Positions 27,108 through 36,693 of a stretch of DNA of 64,000 nt are shown here, piece by piece. The notes under the pieces were generated by a model. That model searched no databases. It saw only the letters and a list, made by a program, of their open reading frames with translations, and had not been told where the DNA came from. How positions within the stretch are numbered: position 1 is the stretch's first letter; each line of letters begins with the position of its first letter. This DNA comes from Akkermansiaceae bacterium UBA5689 (GTDB taxonomy: Bacteria; Verrucomicrobiota; Verrucomicrobiia; Verrucomicrobiales; Akkermansiaceae). Both the position numbers and the translations under genes were made by a program. The stretch lies in assembly GCA_002420305.1 (NCBI GenBank), contig DIHT01000133.1, forward strand, positions 2,261 to 66,260, given 5' to 3'.

Positions 27108-28361
27108 CTATTCGATCGAATTGTAAATCAGTGGCTTGAGAGCATCCTCGAGAAGGAAGTCGAAGGGGAAGGTTTGCTCCATGGTGACTACGACGAGCTG
27201 ATCAGCCGGCGAAATCCAGAAGTGGGTGCTCAACATGCCCCCCCAGCCGTATTCGCCGATGCGCCCTGCCTTGTTCCAATCTTTTTGGTCAACCTTCACT
27301 GAGAAGCCGAGGCCAAATCCCGTGCCGTGTCTCAAGTTCCCTGGGAACCTTATAGGCATCGCCGATGCAGGAAGGTGATTCCGGGTCATATTCTCCACGG
27401 TCTTCTTCTTGAGGAGCCTGTGCCCGTGCAGCTCCCCGCCATTTGCCATCATCTGCAGGAAGCGGGTATAGTCACGGATTGTCGAAGCGAGGCCCCCACC
27501 CCCCGAAAACATTCTGGTCTTGGCGCTGTAAGTAAACAGATCCGTGGTCCTTCTTTTTAATGCCCCTTTTTTGTTGGAGTCGTAAGCCACAGCTAGTCGT
27601 GTTCTTTTGTCCTCCGGGATCACGAAGCCCGTGTCGACCATTCCCAGTGGAGTAAAAATCTGAGACTGAAAGAATTGGTCGAGAGTCAGGCCTGAAACTC
27701 GCTCCACTACAGCGCCCAGAAGGTCCGTCGAAATTCCGTAAAGCCAACTCTCGCCGGGGTCAAAGGCCATCGGGATGAGCGCGGCCTGCCTATAAAACCT
27801 GGAAAGTGGGACTGTCTCGAGGAGGGAGCCGTTCTCCCGATGCGCCTCGTCTATCGGCTGAATTCCGATATTTCCGTAGGAATATCCCGAAGTATGACAC
27901 AAGAGGTCTTTGACGGTGGCAGGGGTTTTCGGGATCCTCGCCTTACCATCTTTCCAGACCTTGGCGTTTTTAAACTCAGGCAGGTATTTGGAGACGGCGT
28001 CCTCGATGCGAAGTTCACCTCGCTCAACGAGCATCATTGCGGCAACCGAAGTCACAGCTTTTGTCATGGAATAGATACGAAAGATGGTGTCTGCCTCCAT
28101 GGGTTTTTTGTTTTCGATGTCGCGGAGGCCAAACGTCTCCGAGTAGACAATTTTTCCTCTCCGGGTAACCATCACGGAGGCTCCGGCAATGTGCTTCTCG
28201 CGAATCAGAGACTGAACTTTGTCTCCAACCGACTGGAGCTTTTCCGAGGACATACCTACCGCGGCAGGGTCAGCGACGGGCAGTTCTTGGGGAGTGGGCT
28301 TTCTCGCCGTGGAGAGTCCGGGAATAAGAATCAGGAACAAGATGACCGCATATAGCTTCAT
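27108..28361 (-). CDS. Secreted serine hydrolase, beta-lactamase (class C/AmpC-like, esterase EstB-like) family
   Basis: ORF trimmed to ATG 28361 ([19 protein letters not shown]). SxxK motif YSMTKAVTS. Later YSN-like motif YSYGN. Confidence 0.8.
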   Translation of the reverse strand: MKLYAVILFLILIPGLSTARKPTPQELPVADPAAVGMSSEKLQSVGDKVQSLIREKHIAGASVMVTRRGKIVYSETFGLRDIENKKPMEADTIFRIYSMTKAVTSVAAMMLVERGELRIEDAVSKYLPEFKNAKVWKDGKARIPKTPATVKDLLCHTSGYSYGNIGIQPIDEAHRENGSLLETVPLSRFYRQAALIPMAFDPGESWLYGISTDLLGAVVERVSGLTLDQFFQSQIFTPLGMVDTGFVIPEDKRTRLAVAYDSNKKGALKRRTTDLFTYSAKTRMFSGGGGLASTIRDYTRFLQMMANGGELHGHRLLKKKTVENMTRNHLPASAMPIRFPGNLRHGTGFGLGFSVKVDQKDWNKAGRIGEYGWGGMLSTHFWISPADQLVVVTMEQTFPFDFLLEDALKPLIYNSIE

Positions 28362-28430
28362 GTGGGTGTTTGTCTCTGATCTTACGGAGGAAGGCAAGTG
28401 GCCTCCCCTCGGCTCATTTACAAGGGGCGG

Positions 28431-28472
28431 AAAACAGAACCCCGCCGCGGTAGCACCGAAACCACGGCGGGG
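28431..28472 (-). terminator. Intrinsic-terminator-like hairpin on the minus strand, in the 5' leader of the serine hydrolase gene
   Basis: Minus strand reads CCCCGCCG-(17 nt loop)-CGGCGGGG followed by TTCTGTTTT. 8-bp all-GC/CG stem at 28440-28447 / 28465-28472. A UUCG-capped helix (about 28478-28504) lies immediately upstream on the minus strand. Confidence 0.4.
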
Positions 28473-28792
28473 CCTCTCTCGCTCTTCTCCGAAGAGAAGG
28501 AGCGAAGAATCTGTTACTCGTTGACCGGGAGGCCGGGAAGGCCTGAACCGGGCGATGAATCCTTAGCTGGGGAAAATCTGTAGCAAGATATATTGAGAAG
28601 GGAGGGGGTTACTCGCCAGAGAATTTCTTATTTTTTTCTTAGTAAGCGCCTTAATATCTGTAGGTCACAAGCAGGTCCCATTCTGGTCCCGGGTTAAGAG
28701 CGCTGAGAGAGCGATCCCTCTCGAAACGGCGCGGAGGTTAGATGGCCGGTTTTCGCACTTTATTGAGTGGAGCTGTTGAGGAGGATGAAGGA

Positions 28793-29416
28793 ATGATCCC
28801 ATTGCTGGTCGCGACACGGAATATACATAAAACCGAAGAAATAGCATCAATACTGGGGGAGGGATATCAAGTATCTGACCTTACAACGCTTCCGGGTGCT
28901 CCCGATGTTGAGGAGACGGGATCCACCTTTCTTGAGAATGCGGGGCTCAAGGCTGTTGCTATCAGTAGCGTGACTGGGTCATTAGTCCTGGCGGATGACT
29001 CGGGCCTTGAGGTTGATGCGCTTGAGGGAAGGCCGGGTGTCTACTCGGCTCGTTATGCCGGACTGGAGGCGAAAGACTCTGACAATAATATGAAGCTGCT
29101 CTCGGAGCTCGAGGGCGTGGGAGAGAACAGAAGAACCGCAAGGTTTCGTTGTGTCATGGTGCTGGCTGAGGCTGGGGAAATTCTGGAAGATTTCTCGGGC
29201 AGTGTGGAGGGGCGGATTCTGGAAAAGCCGCGAGGCGATGCCGGGTTTGGGTATGATCCTCTTTTCGTTCCTGGCGGCGAACGCAAATCGTTTGCAGAGT
29301 TGGGCCCGGATATTAAGAATGGCTTGAGCCATCGGGCCCGGGCGATGGAGGAGGTGTCGGTCTGGCTTTGGCACCGCCATGGCGGTATCCCCGGGGCTTC
29401 CCTGGATAAGGCGTGA
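28793..29416 (+). CDS. rdgB: Non-canonical purine NTP pyrophosphatase (RdgB/HAM1 family)
   Basis: ORF 28742.. trimmed to ATG 28793 (MIPLLVATRNIHKTEEI). Motifs ETGSTFLENA, ADDSGLEVDAL, GPGVYSARY, FGYDPLF, SHRARA. Confidence 0.9.
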   Translation: MIPLLVATRNIHKTEEIASILGEGYQVSDLTTLPGAPDVEETGSTFLENAGLKAVAISSVTGSLVLADDSGLEVDALEGRPGVYSARYAGLEAKDSDNNMKLLSELEGVGENRRTARFRCVMVLAEAGEILEDFSGSVEGRILEKPRGDAGFGYDPLFVPGGERKSFAELGPDIKNGLSHRARAMEEVSVWLWHRHGGIPGASLDKA

Positions 29417-29495
29417 GGGAGCCCATGAAACATGCGAAGTAGATCGACGCTTTTTCCCACAGCTGTTACCATGGGCAAAAATTCACAGTGGTGAG

Positions 29496-29993
29496 ATGAG
29501 ATGGAGCCCCATTCTTTTGGCCGCCACCTTCGTGGCATTAGCCTCTTCGTGTGCCCGTCATGAGGGTAGCTACCGTCCCCACTCCGCCACCGCCATTGTG
29601 GTCAATGGCAGGGCGAGTGTGCCCCGGGGGGCCCCGCTCGCAGTGAAGCGGGCGATTACAGCAGCGAACCGCATTCAGGGAATGCCCTACAAATGGGGCG
29701 GAGGCCACGCGCGGCTTAATGATTGGGGCTATGACTGCTCGGGTGCGACGTCCTATGTCCTTCGAAATGCCGGGTTGATTCAGGGCCAAATGCCTTCAAG
29801 AGGCTTTCTCCGGTATGGGCGTCGAGGCCATGGAGACTGGATTACAGTATGCGCCCTGAATGGGCATGTCTTTCTGCTCATTGCCGGGTTACGTTCTGAT
29901 ACTCAGGGAGCCTACCGTCAGGATGGCCCTCGCTGGCGGCCCTATCCCCGTTCGACGAGGGGCTATGTCCTAAGGCATCCGGTGGGTCTCTAA
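29496..29993 (+). CDS. NlpC/P60 (C40) family cell-wall peptidase-like lipoprotein
   Basis: Trimmed to ATG 29496 (MRWSPILLAATFVALASSC lipobox). Motif GMPYKWGGGH…GYDCSGATSYVL (catalytic Cys context). Downstream His in NGHVFLLIAG. Confidence 0.6.
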   Translation: MRWSPILLAATFVALASSCARHEGSYRPHSATAIVVNGRASVPRGAPLAVKRAITAANRIQGMPYKWGGGHARLNDWGYDCSGATSYVLRNAGLIQGQMPSRGFLRYGRRGHGDWITVCALNGHVFLLIAGLRSDTQGAYRQDGPRWRPYPRSTRGYVLRHPVGL

Positions 29994-30010
29994 AAGGGAG
30001 CGGAGACTCG

Positions 30011-30685
30011 TCAATTTTCCTCAGCTTGTTGAATACGTTCGATGACCGCGGGTAGCTCCCGGGCGCTGCCAATGACATGGTCGGCAAGAGAGAAATCGCA
30101 ACAGGAGGTGACACGATTGGGAATAGCGACATTGGCCATCCCGGCTGCCTTGGCCGCCTTGATCCCGTTGACCGAGTCCTCAATGACAAGACAGGACGCG
30201 GGGTCAATTCTCAGGCGTTGAGCGGCCTCGAGATAGAGGTCGGGGGCGGGCTTTATCCGAGGGGCATCATCGCGGCAGACGGTGATATCGAAGTGGTCCA
30301 GAAGGCCGATTTTGCTCAACCACCCATCGACCCAGCGATGCGATGAGCTGGAAACCACCCCCATTAAGAAACCGGATTTCCTGCCCCATTCCACAGCCTC
30401 AGGAATTCCAGTCATGGCCTGGGCTCCCTCCAGATTCTTTTCGATGGAAGCCTGACGGGCATCGTCGAGAGAAGACCATTCAATAGGAGCACCAGTCAGG
30501 CTTTCCAGGTGCGTTTTTGGAGACCAAGTCTCAAAGTCGGTTCCGATGCACTGGTTGAAGACTTCCAGAGGTAGTGCATGGCCGTGATCCTGAAATGTCT
30601 TGAGCCAAGCTTGGTAGATCGGCCATTCGGTGTCGACGATCAGACCGTCGAAATCGTAGAGGAGGGCGCGAGGAATTGTTTGCAT
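30011..30685 (-). CDS. HAD-superfamily hydrolase (beta-phosphoglucomutase-like subfamily IA)
   Basis: Trimmed to ATG 30685 (MQTIPRALLYDFDGLIVDTE, DxDxT motif). VVSSS. C-terminal IEDSVNGIKAAKAAGM. Confidence 0.8.
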   Translation of the reverse strand: MQTIPRALLYDFDGLIVDTEWPIYQAWLKTFQDHGHALPLEVFNQCIGTDFETWSPKTHLESLTGAPIEWSSLDDARQASIEKNLEGAQAMTGIPEAVEWGRKSGFLMGVVSSSSHRWVDGWLSKIGLLDHFDITVCRDDAPRIKPAPDLYLEAAQRLRIDPASCLVIEDSVNGIKAAKAAGMANVAIPNRVTSCCDFSLADHVIGSARELPAVIERIQQAEEN

Positions 30686-30772
30686 CAAGAATAGGGTCAG
30701 ATCAAGAGCTAGCGGAGGGAAGAGGGGGTATCTTTTCCTCGCCCCTTGGGAGCCGCGGGGGGAGAATGCCAT

Positions 30773-31621
30773 ATGCGCTCGATTCTGACCATTTCTCTTC
30801 TGGCCTGTAGCCATGCCGCGTTCAGTGCCCCAAAACCCGAAGTCCGGAAGCCCGATGAGGTTGTTGTCTACCGCAAGACCGAACAGGCCGAACTAGGAAT
30901 CGAGATTTTCCGGCCGAAGGGGTGGAAAGCGGGAGATACTCGCTCCGCAGTGGTCTTTTTTTTCGGGGGAGGCTGGGTTGGGGGCTCTACCACCCAGTTT
31001 CATCCACAGGCTACGAGGCTGGCATCTCTTGGGGTAGTGGCCTACTGCGCAGATTACCGGGTCCAGAGTCGGCACAAAACGTCTCCTTTTGAGGCCGTAG
31101 CGGATGCCAAGGCCGCTATTCGTTGGATCTGGCGCAATGCGAAGAAGCAAGGTGTGAATCGGGATCGAATTGTTGCAGCTGGAGGGTCGGCAGGGGGACA
31201 CCTTGCTGCCTGCTGTGGCTTGATTGCTGACCTCGATGATGTTCGGGAGGGAGAGCCCGGCTTTATTCCGGCGGCAATGGCCCTTTTTAACCCCGTGATT
31301 GACACCTCGCGGAAAGGATACGGATACGCAAAGTTGAAACAGCGTTACCGCGAACTCTCGCCGGTGGAGCACGTGCACCCCTTGGCTGCTCCCACCCTTG
31401 TGCAGGTGGGATCCGCAGATACCACAACGCCCCCCGCCGGACATAAGCTTTTCAAAGCCCGGATGGATAAGAAAGGACGTTCCTGTAATCTGTTTGTCTC
31501 AGAGGGCCAGAAACACGGCTTCTTCAACCCACGGGGAGACAACAGCCAATACTGGATGACGATGGGAAGAATGGAGGAATTCCTGCACAAGGAGGGACTG
31601 CTGACTGCTACTGGAAATTAG
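30773..31621 (+). CDS. Secreted alpha/beta hydrolase (esterase/lipase; paralogous in type to 22555-23460)
   Basis: Trimmed to ATG 30773 (MRSILTISLLACSHAAFSAP). VVFFFGGGWVGGS and the nucleophile elbow GGSAGGH. Confidence 0.75.
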   Translation: MRSILTISLLACSHAAFSAPKPEVRKPDEVVVYRKTEQAELGIEIFRPKGWKAGDTRSAVVFFFGGGWVGGSTTQFHPQATRLASLGVVAYCADYRVQSRHKTSPFEAVADAKAAIRWIWRNAKKQGVNRDRIVAAGGSAGGHLAACCGLIADLDDVREGEPGFIPAAMALFNPVIDTSRKGYGYAKLKQRYRELSPVEHVHPLAAPTLVQVGSADTTTPPAGHKLFKARMDKKGRSCNLFVSEGQKHGFFNPRGDNSQYWMTMGRMEEFLHKEGLLTATGN

Positions 31622-31647
31622 CAGCTAGGCTGTCTGGAGCCGTGCAG

Positions 31648-33147
31648 TTAACGCCGTTTCGCTTCCGGGTAGCGGGCGAGTATTCCTTTCATCTTGGCAA
31701 GGATTCCCGGCCTTTCCTTTGCAAGGTTTAGCTGCTCCACGGAGCTTTCTCCGTAATCGTAGAGTTCGAATTGGGCGGTCTTGGCTGGAGCCCCGGGCTT
31801 TTTCCATTCGACCATTCGATATCGCTCCGTCCTGATGGCCCTGCCTATGACTCCCCCCCGTCGTGGGTAGCAGTGGAAGGCATGGTCCCGCACTCGTAAT
31901 TTGGGGTCCTTGAGAACCGGGAGGAGGCTTTTGCCGCTCATCGGCTGGGGGACTTCTGGCTGGGGCAGGCCACTGAGTTCAGCAAGGGTCGGAAACAGGT
32001 CCACGCTTTCCGCCAATTGTCTGGTGGAGCCGCCTTTCGCCGTCACACCCGGTGCAACAACAACGAGGGGGATCCGGTTGGCTTGCTCGTAGTTCGTGTG
32101 CTTGGTCCAGATGCCAAGATCTCCAAGGTGGAAGCCATGGTCTCCCCAGAGCACGACGATGGTGTTGCTGTCGAGGCGAAGGCGATCGAGCTCCGTCATT
32201 ACTTTTCCGATTTGTGCGTCCATATAGCTGACACTCGCGTAATAACCGTGAACGAGCTGGCGTTTCAGTTTTTCTGTGTAGTCCTCATTTTTTGGAGGAA
32301 CTGGAGAATACATGGCAATTTCTCCAGCGCGTTTATGAGCGATTCCCGGGGAGCCCTTGGGATGGTCCGGAAAGGGAGAAAGGGGAAACTTGGAAGGATC
32401 GTGAAGGTCCCAGTATCTCTGTGGAGCACTGAAGGGGAGGTGGGGGCGGACAAAACCGACCGCCATGAAAAATGGACCCTTACGGGTCTTGGCAGCCCGA
32501 AGCCGCTTGATGGCCTCTGCCGCAACTCTTCCATCGGCATAGTCCTCATCACGGGAATTTGTAGCTTCAAAAGCGGCGCCCCGCGGGAGAGAGCGAATCT
32601 GGTCGAGCTTCTGGTTGGTGAAGTAGGCTTCTTCCCGGGTGAGCTTTCCCCCTTCCGTACTGGCGGGGTCGAGATACTCGATCACCTTGTCGTGGAAATG
32701 CGGGACACTGAAGGATTCCGGGTCTCCTTCATTCCCGTGGCCGATATGAAAAATTTTACCCATCGATTCAGTGTGATAGCCATGTTGGGCAAAGAACTGG
32801 GGCATGGTAACGGCCTCTGGCATGGAGCGTCGCAGCTTATGGCCGAGTCCATAGAGTCCAGTTGCGGTGGAATGGGCTCCCAGCATCAGGGTAAATCGGG
32901 ATGGAGCGCAAACTGCCTGATTGCAGTAGGCGAGGTCGAATCTCAGGCCTCGAGCGGCCAGTTGATCTAGATGGGGGGTCTTGGCGTATGGGTCGCCGTA
33001 GCAGCCCAAGGCAGGCTTCAAATCATCAACGAGAAGAAGGAGAATATTGGGATGGCCTGTGTGGGTGTCGTCCGCCCGGGCATTTGCCGGGTCCAGCATC
33101 AGTAGTGCAAGAGCGAGAGTAATTGAAATTCGGAAACGAGGTAGCAT
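31648..33147 (-). CDS. Cys-type sulfatase (iduronate-2-sulfatase-like, family S1)
   Basis: Signal peptide MLPRFRISITLALALLMLDPANARA. DDLKP. Formylglycine motif CAPSRFTLMLG. WGDHGFHLG. Confidence 0.9.
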   Translation of the reverse strand: MLPRFRISITLALALLMLDPANARADDTHTGHPNILLLLVDDLKPALGCYGDPYAKTPHLDQLAARGLRFDLAYCNQAVCAPSRFTLMLGAHSTATGLYGLGHKLRRSMPEAVTMPQFFAQHGYHTESMGKIFHIGHGNEGDPESFSVPHFHDKVIEYLDPASTEGGKLTREEAYFTNQKLDQIRSLPRGAAFEATNSRDEDYADGRVAAEAIKRLRAAKTRKGPFFMAVGFVRPHLPFSAPQRYWDLHDPSKFPLSPFPDHPKGSPGIAHKRAGEIAMYSPVPPKNEDYTEKLKRQLVHGYYASVSYMDAQIGKVMTELDRLRLDSNTIVVLWGDHGFHLGDLGIWTKHTNYEQANRIPLVVVAPGVTAKGGSTRQLAESVDLFPTLAELSGLPQPEVPQPMSGKSLLPVLKDPKLRVRDHAFHCYPRRGGVIGRAIRTERYRMVEWKKPGAPAKTAQFELYDYGESSVEQLNLAKERPGILAKMKGILARYPEAKRR

Positions 33148-33258
33148 GGATTGAATTTAGCGGGGGGTACAAGGCTCCCACCAGCAAAAGTCACTTCGGC
33201 CGCTATTGCGGATTCGTGGTGGTCTTGCGGGGGGCTTTCCGTGAGAGAGGCGAAGGTG

Positions 33259-33933
33259 TCAGGCTTCCCGGATGGCACGGATCGCGCTGCCGATGTCAGG
33301 AGCCTTGAATGTCGAGGAGCCTGCTACCAGGACGTTTGCTCCCGCGGCGGTAGCCGCTGGGGCGGTCTGTGGATCGATCCCGCCATCGACCTCAATATGA
33401 AAAGAGAGGGAATGCTTGTCCCTGATCTGGACCGCCTTTTCCACCTTGGGCAGGACTTCTGGCATGAATGCCTGTCCCCCGAACCCGGGGACGACAGTCA
33501 TGACCAGAAGTAAGTCGACCTGATCAAGATAAGGTTCCACTACTTCCAGAGGGGTGGCCGGGTTCAGAGCGATACCGGTCTTGCACCCTCCATCGCGGAT
33601 TATCTCCAAGGTGCGAGCGACCTCGTGGCTAGCCTCCGGCTCGGCGTGAACGGAGATGAGGTCCGCCCCCGCTTCGAGAAACCTTGGGATGTAATGGTCA
33701 GGCTTCTCGATCATCAGATGGACATCGAGGAAAATGTCATTGGTTGCGTGAATTGCTTCCACCATTGCAGGTCCAAAGGAGATGTTCTCAACGAAATGCC
33801 CGTCCATGACGTCGAGGTGCAGCCAGTCTGCCCCAGCGGTAATCGCCCTCGAACATTCTTCCGCAATACGGGAAAAGTCTGCAGCCAAGACGGAGGGCGC
33901 GACGATCCGGTCGGCGTTGCTCCAGTTTTTCAC
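33259..33933 (-). CDS. rpe: Ribulose-phosphate 3-epimerase
   Basis: 224 aa. PSVLAADF, LHLDVMDGHFV, VMTVVPGFGGQ, EVDGGI. Confidence 0.95.
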   Translation of the reverse strand: MKNWSNADRIVAPSVLAADFSRIAEECSRAITAGADWLHLDVMDGHFVENISFGPAMVEAIHATNDIFLDVHLMIEKPDHYIPRFLEAGADLISVHAEPEASHEVARTLEIIRDGGCKTGIALNPATPLEVVEPYLDQVDLLLVMTVVPGFGGQAFMPEVLPKVEKAVQIRDKHSLSFHIEVDGGIDPQTAPAATAAGANVLVAGSSTFKAPDIGSAIRAIREA

Positions 33934-34063
33934 GTCTTTTTTTTAGCCGGCCAGCGCTACTTTTCAAGACTTCCCAGTCTTTCGCAGATGGTGGGTCTCA
34001 CGATTTGTGGAGTAGTGAATTTCGTGGTTTGGCTACTCCCGTCATTGTGCTTGCCTCTTGTGA

Positions 34064-34603
34064 GTGAGTGAAGACCTGATTATCGACCTCGCCAGCGATG
34101 CCTATTTCATGGGGCAGGCCTTGCGAGAGGCCCACAAGGCCTATGCGGCCGAAGAAGTGCCTATTGGGGCCGTGGTGGTGCGAGAGGGAGAGATAATCGC
34201 TCGGGGATGGAATCAGGTTGAGACCCTTCGTGACGCCACAGCGCACGCGGAAATGCTGGCGCTAACGGCAGCTCAGAACAGATTGGAAGACTGGCGCTTG
34301 GAGAAGTGTATTCTCTACGTGACCAAGGAGCCGTGTCCGATGTGTGCGGGAGCGATCGTTCACTGTCGCCCGGAGCGGGTGGTGTTCGGGTGCCCTGACC
34401 TGAAGGCGGGAGCTGCAGGGGGCTGGATCAACCTTCTGGAGTCCAACCCTCCTTTGAATCACCGTTGTGAAGCGACCGGAGGGGTGCTCGAAGATGAATG
34501 TGTAGAGCTTCTTCAGCGCTTCTTCCGTGAGGCCAGAGCGAAAACAGCGGCCAGGAGACACCGAGAGTCGGGGCCTGATGTCCCTTTTTTGGAATCACCG
34601 TGA
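34064..34603 (+). CDS. tadA: tRNA adenosine(34) deaminase
   Basis: GTG start. Zinc motifs HAEMLAL and PCPMCAGA. About 30 aa of basic C-terminal extension. Confidence 0.9.
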   Translation: MSEDLIIDLASDAYFMGQALREAHKAYAAEEVPIGAVVVREGEIIARGWNQVETLRDATAHAEMLALTAAQNRLEDWRLEKCILYVTKEPCPMCAGAIVHCRPERVVFGCPDLKAGAAGGWINLLESNPPLNHRCEATGGVLEDECVELLQRFFREARAKTAARRHRESGPDVPFLESP

Positions 34604-34612
34604 ACTGGCCGA

Positions 34613-35320
34613 TCAGGGCCTCCTCCGCAGGAAACACATAAGACCGAGACCAATGGCCCCGAGCAGGGTTGAGGTCGGCTCCGGGACCTGAAAGGTTCCA
34701 GTAGGAAACGGTGGCGTAGCGGTGAGGTTCGTCCCGTTATCACTCCCCCCGTCAAAATTGTCATCGCCATCCCAAGCGTTGGGACCAGAGAATGTCCAAT
34801 CGCTGGCATCGAACGTCCCGCCATTGGCGAGAACTCCATCATTCCTGTAAGACCATCCGTCTAAAGTGTCCCATGCCGTGCCGGTTCCGTCGGTATTGAT
34901 GTCGCCGAAGACATCGATGACGGCCTCATCCCCTGCGAACGATCCGGTCGCGTCAAAGAAGAGCTCAATCGCGTCGTCGCCATTGTGATTGATCCCACTT
35001 CCTGCAACATGATCTGGCGCAATGCCAAACCATGAAGCGAAATCCGTATCCTCAGTAGCTACGAAGAAAAAACTTCCGGCCGCAAGGGGTTGACTTGGAA
35101 GAATGGCCTCAACGCCATCAGTTCCTCCACCATTGTTCGCGACACCAAGGGCGAAGTTTGAGAGGTCGGGTACAGCCGATGTGGCAAACAGCTCGACTCC
35201 TTTGGGATCTCCACCTGGTAGCGGCCCATCGAATACCCCCGTGATGATTAGCGCCCCATGTGAGGGGATGGCAAGGGTGGAGCAGAGAGCGAGTAGGGAC
35301 AGCAGCTTCATAAGGGTCAA
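34613..35320 (-). CDS. PEP-CTERM-anchored secreted protein with a lamin-tail-domain (LTD)-like region
   Basis: Signal peptide MTLMKLLSLLALCSTLAIPSHG. LTD-like ALIITGVFDGPLPGGDPKGVELFA…GDDAIELF. C-terminal VPEPTSTLLGAIGLGLMCFLRRRP (PEP motif, TM, basic tail). Confidence 0.8.
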   Translation of the reverse strand: MTLMKLLSLLALCSTLAIPSHGALIITGVFDGPLPGGDPKGVELFATSAVPDLSNFALGVANNGGGTDGVEAILPSQPLAAGSFFFVATEDTDFASWFGIAPDHVAGSGINHNGDDAIELFFDATGSFAGDEAVIDVFGDINTDGTGTAWDTLDGWSYRNDGVLANGGTFDASDWTFSGPNAWDGDDNFDGGSDNGTNLTATPPFPTGTFQVPEPTSTLLGAIGLGLMCFLRRRP

Positions 35321-35497
35321 TACAGGGGTCTAACCTAAATTTGTTAGGGTGTGAATCAGAATGTGAGCAGATTATGTTCCAATTAGGGTGAGTAGATATG
35401 GTTCCCATTGATACGCATTCAAGCTGTCCAAATTTTTATGGCTGATCGTCTTGATTCTCGTGCGTGCTTGCTGGGGTGCCGTCGGGCAGCCTAGGCT

Positions 35498-36631
35498 GTG
35501 CCCATGTCAGGGCCGGTTCATGCTGTCATTGGCACCGATGAGGGCAGGGTGTCAGAGGAGGCGCTTGCGCTTTTCAATGAGCTTAAGCCCGTTGGAGAGG
35601 CAGAGGAGTTCACGAACGATGTGATCGAGGGGACCGCAGCGAATGCGGAGGAAGCCTACCGGGCCTGCGCGAGGACGATTGAAGCGTTGCAAACTGTTGG
35701 GTTCTTTGGATCTGATAAGATCGTATGGCTCAAGGGTGCAAATTTTCTGGCTGATGACCGCACTGGTGGGTCGGAAAGGGCCAAGGAGGGAGTGGAGGAC
35801 CTGCTTGAGGTCTTGAAGGCGGGCATTGGTAACGAGGTGACGTTTCTTATCAGTGCGGCGGCAATCGATAAGCGCCGCGGATTTTACAAATGGCTGCAAA
35901 AAAACGGCGAGGTTGCGACATTTGACAAGATCGATGTCTCCAAAGACGGCTGGGAGGATGAAGTAGCGTTGCTGGTGACCACCCGGGCCAAGGAGCTGGA
36001 ACTCGCCTTCGAGCATGAAGCATTGGACTTGTTTGTCCAGATGGCTGGTGAAGAGACCCGTCAGATCGGGAATGAATTAGAGAAACTTAGTCTTTATCTC
36101 GGGGACAGGAGACTTATCGAATTGCAGGATGTCCGCCTGATTGTCCCCCTGAGTCGCAAGGGAGTGGTCTGGGAAATCGGAAGGGCCCTCGAGAGCCGGG
36201 ATACCGCGCGGGCGATCTCTCTGGTTGACGCCCAGTTAGAGAAAGGGGAGAGCGCCATCGGGCTGATGCGAGCGGCGATCATCCCTACCATTCGCAATTT
36301 GTTTATGGCGCGGGTCCTCCTCGATTCCCATCCAAGGCTGCCCACGCACAACGGGCGCTCCTTCACCTCCGCCCTGAATCAGCTTCCGGATGGAGATATC
36401 GCCTGGCTACCCCGGACCAAGAGCGGAAGCGTCAACGCATGGGGACTGTTCTTCGCGGCCCGAAAAGCCGGACAAGTGACTATCAGCGAGATGAGCCAAG
36501 CATTGGAATCAGCCCTCAATGCGGATAAGTCTCTTGTCACGACCCAGCTGGATCCTCGAATGGTTCTTCATCGGTTAGTTGCTGAGCTTACCATGGGGAT
36601 TGGGAAGAGACGCTCGAGGAAGAGCGCGTAA
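35498..36631 (+). CDS. holA: DNA polymerase III delta subunit-like protein
   Basis: 377 aa (GTG 35498, alternative ATG 35504). Clamp-loader delta-like length and helical C-terminus, with N-terminal VHAVIGTDEGRVSEEAL. Family call rests on weak similarity only. Confidence 0.5.
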   Translation: MPMSGPVHAVIGTDEGRVSEEALALFNELKPVGEAEEFTNDVIEGTAANAEEAYRACARTIEALQTVGFFGSDKIVWLKGANFLADDRTGGSERAKEGVEDLLEVLKAGIGNEVTFLISAAAIDKRRGFYKWLQKNGEVATFDKIDVSKDGWEDEVALLVTTRAKELELAFEHEALDLFVQMAGEETRQIGNELEKLSLYLGDRRLIELQDVRLIVPLSRKGVVWEIGRALESRDTARAISLVDAQLEKGESAIGLMRAAIIPTIRNLFMARVLLDSHPRLPTHNGRSFTSALNQLPDGDIAWLPRTKSGSVNAWGLFFAARKAGQVTISEMSQALESALNADKSLVTTQLDPRMVLHRLVAELTMGIGKRRSRKSA

Positions 36632-36693
36632 TGAAGGGGCGACCCTTGAAAACGCGTTCTTGATAAACGGTCCAGTCGTGATGCCCTGAGAGG

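Noticed and set aside
28505-28555. SRP-RNA-like GGAA-containing hairpin (GACCGGGAGGCCGGGAAGGCCTGAACCGGG)
   Set aside because: The loop is 5 nt (GGGAA), not a GNRA tetraloop closed as in domain IV. The flanking symmetric and asymmetric loop consensus (AGGUCAGGUCC…GGAAGCAGCC) is absent.
28665-28850. 61-aa minus-strand ORF overlapping the rdgB start
   Set aside because: There are no motifs, it overlaps a confident gene start, and the composition looks random. I prefer a non-coding (leader or sRNA) interpretation for this region.
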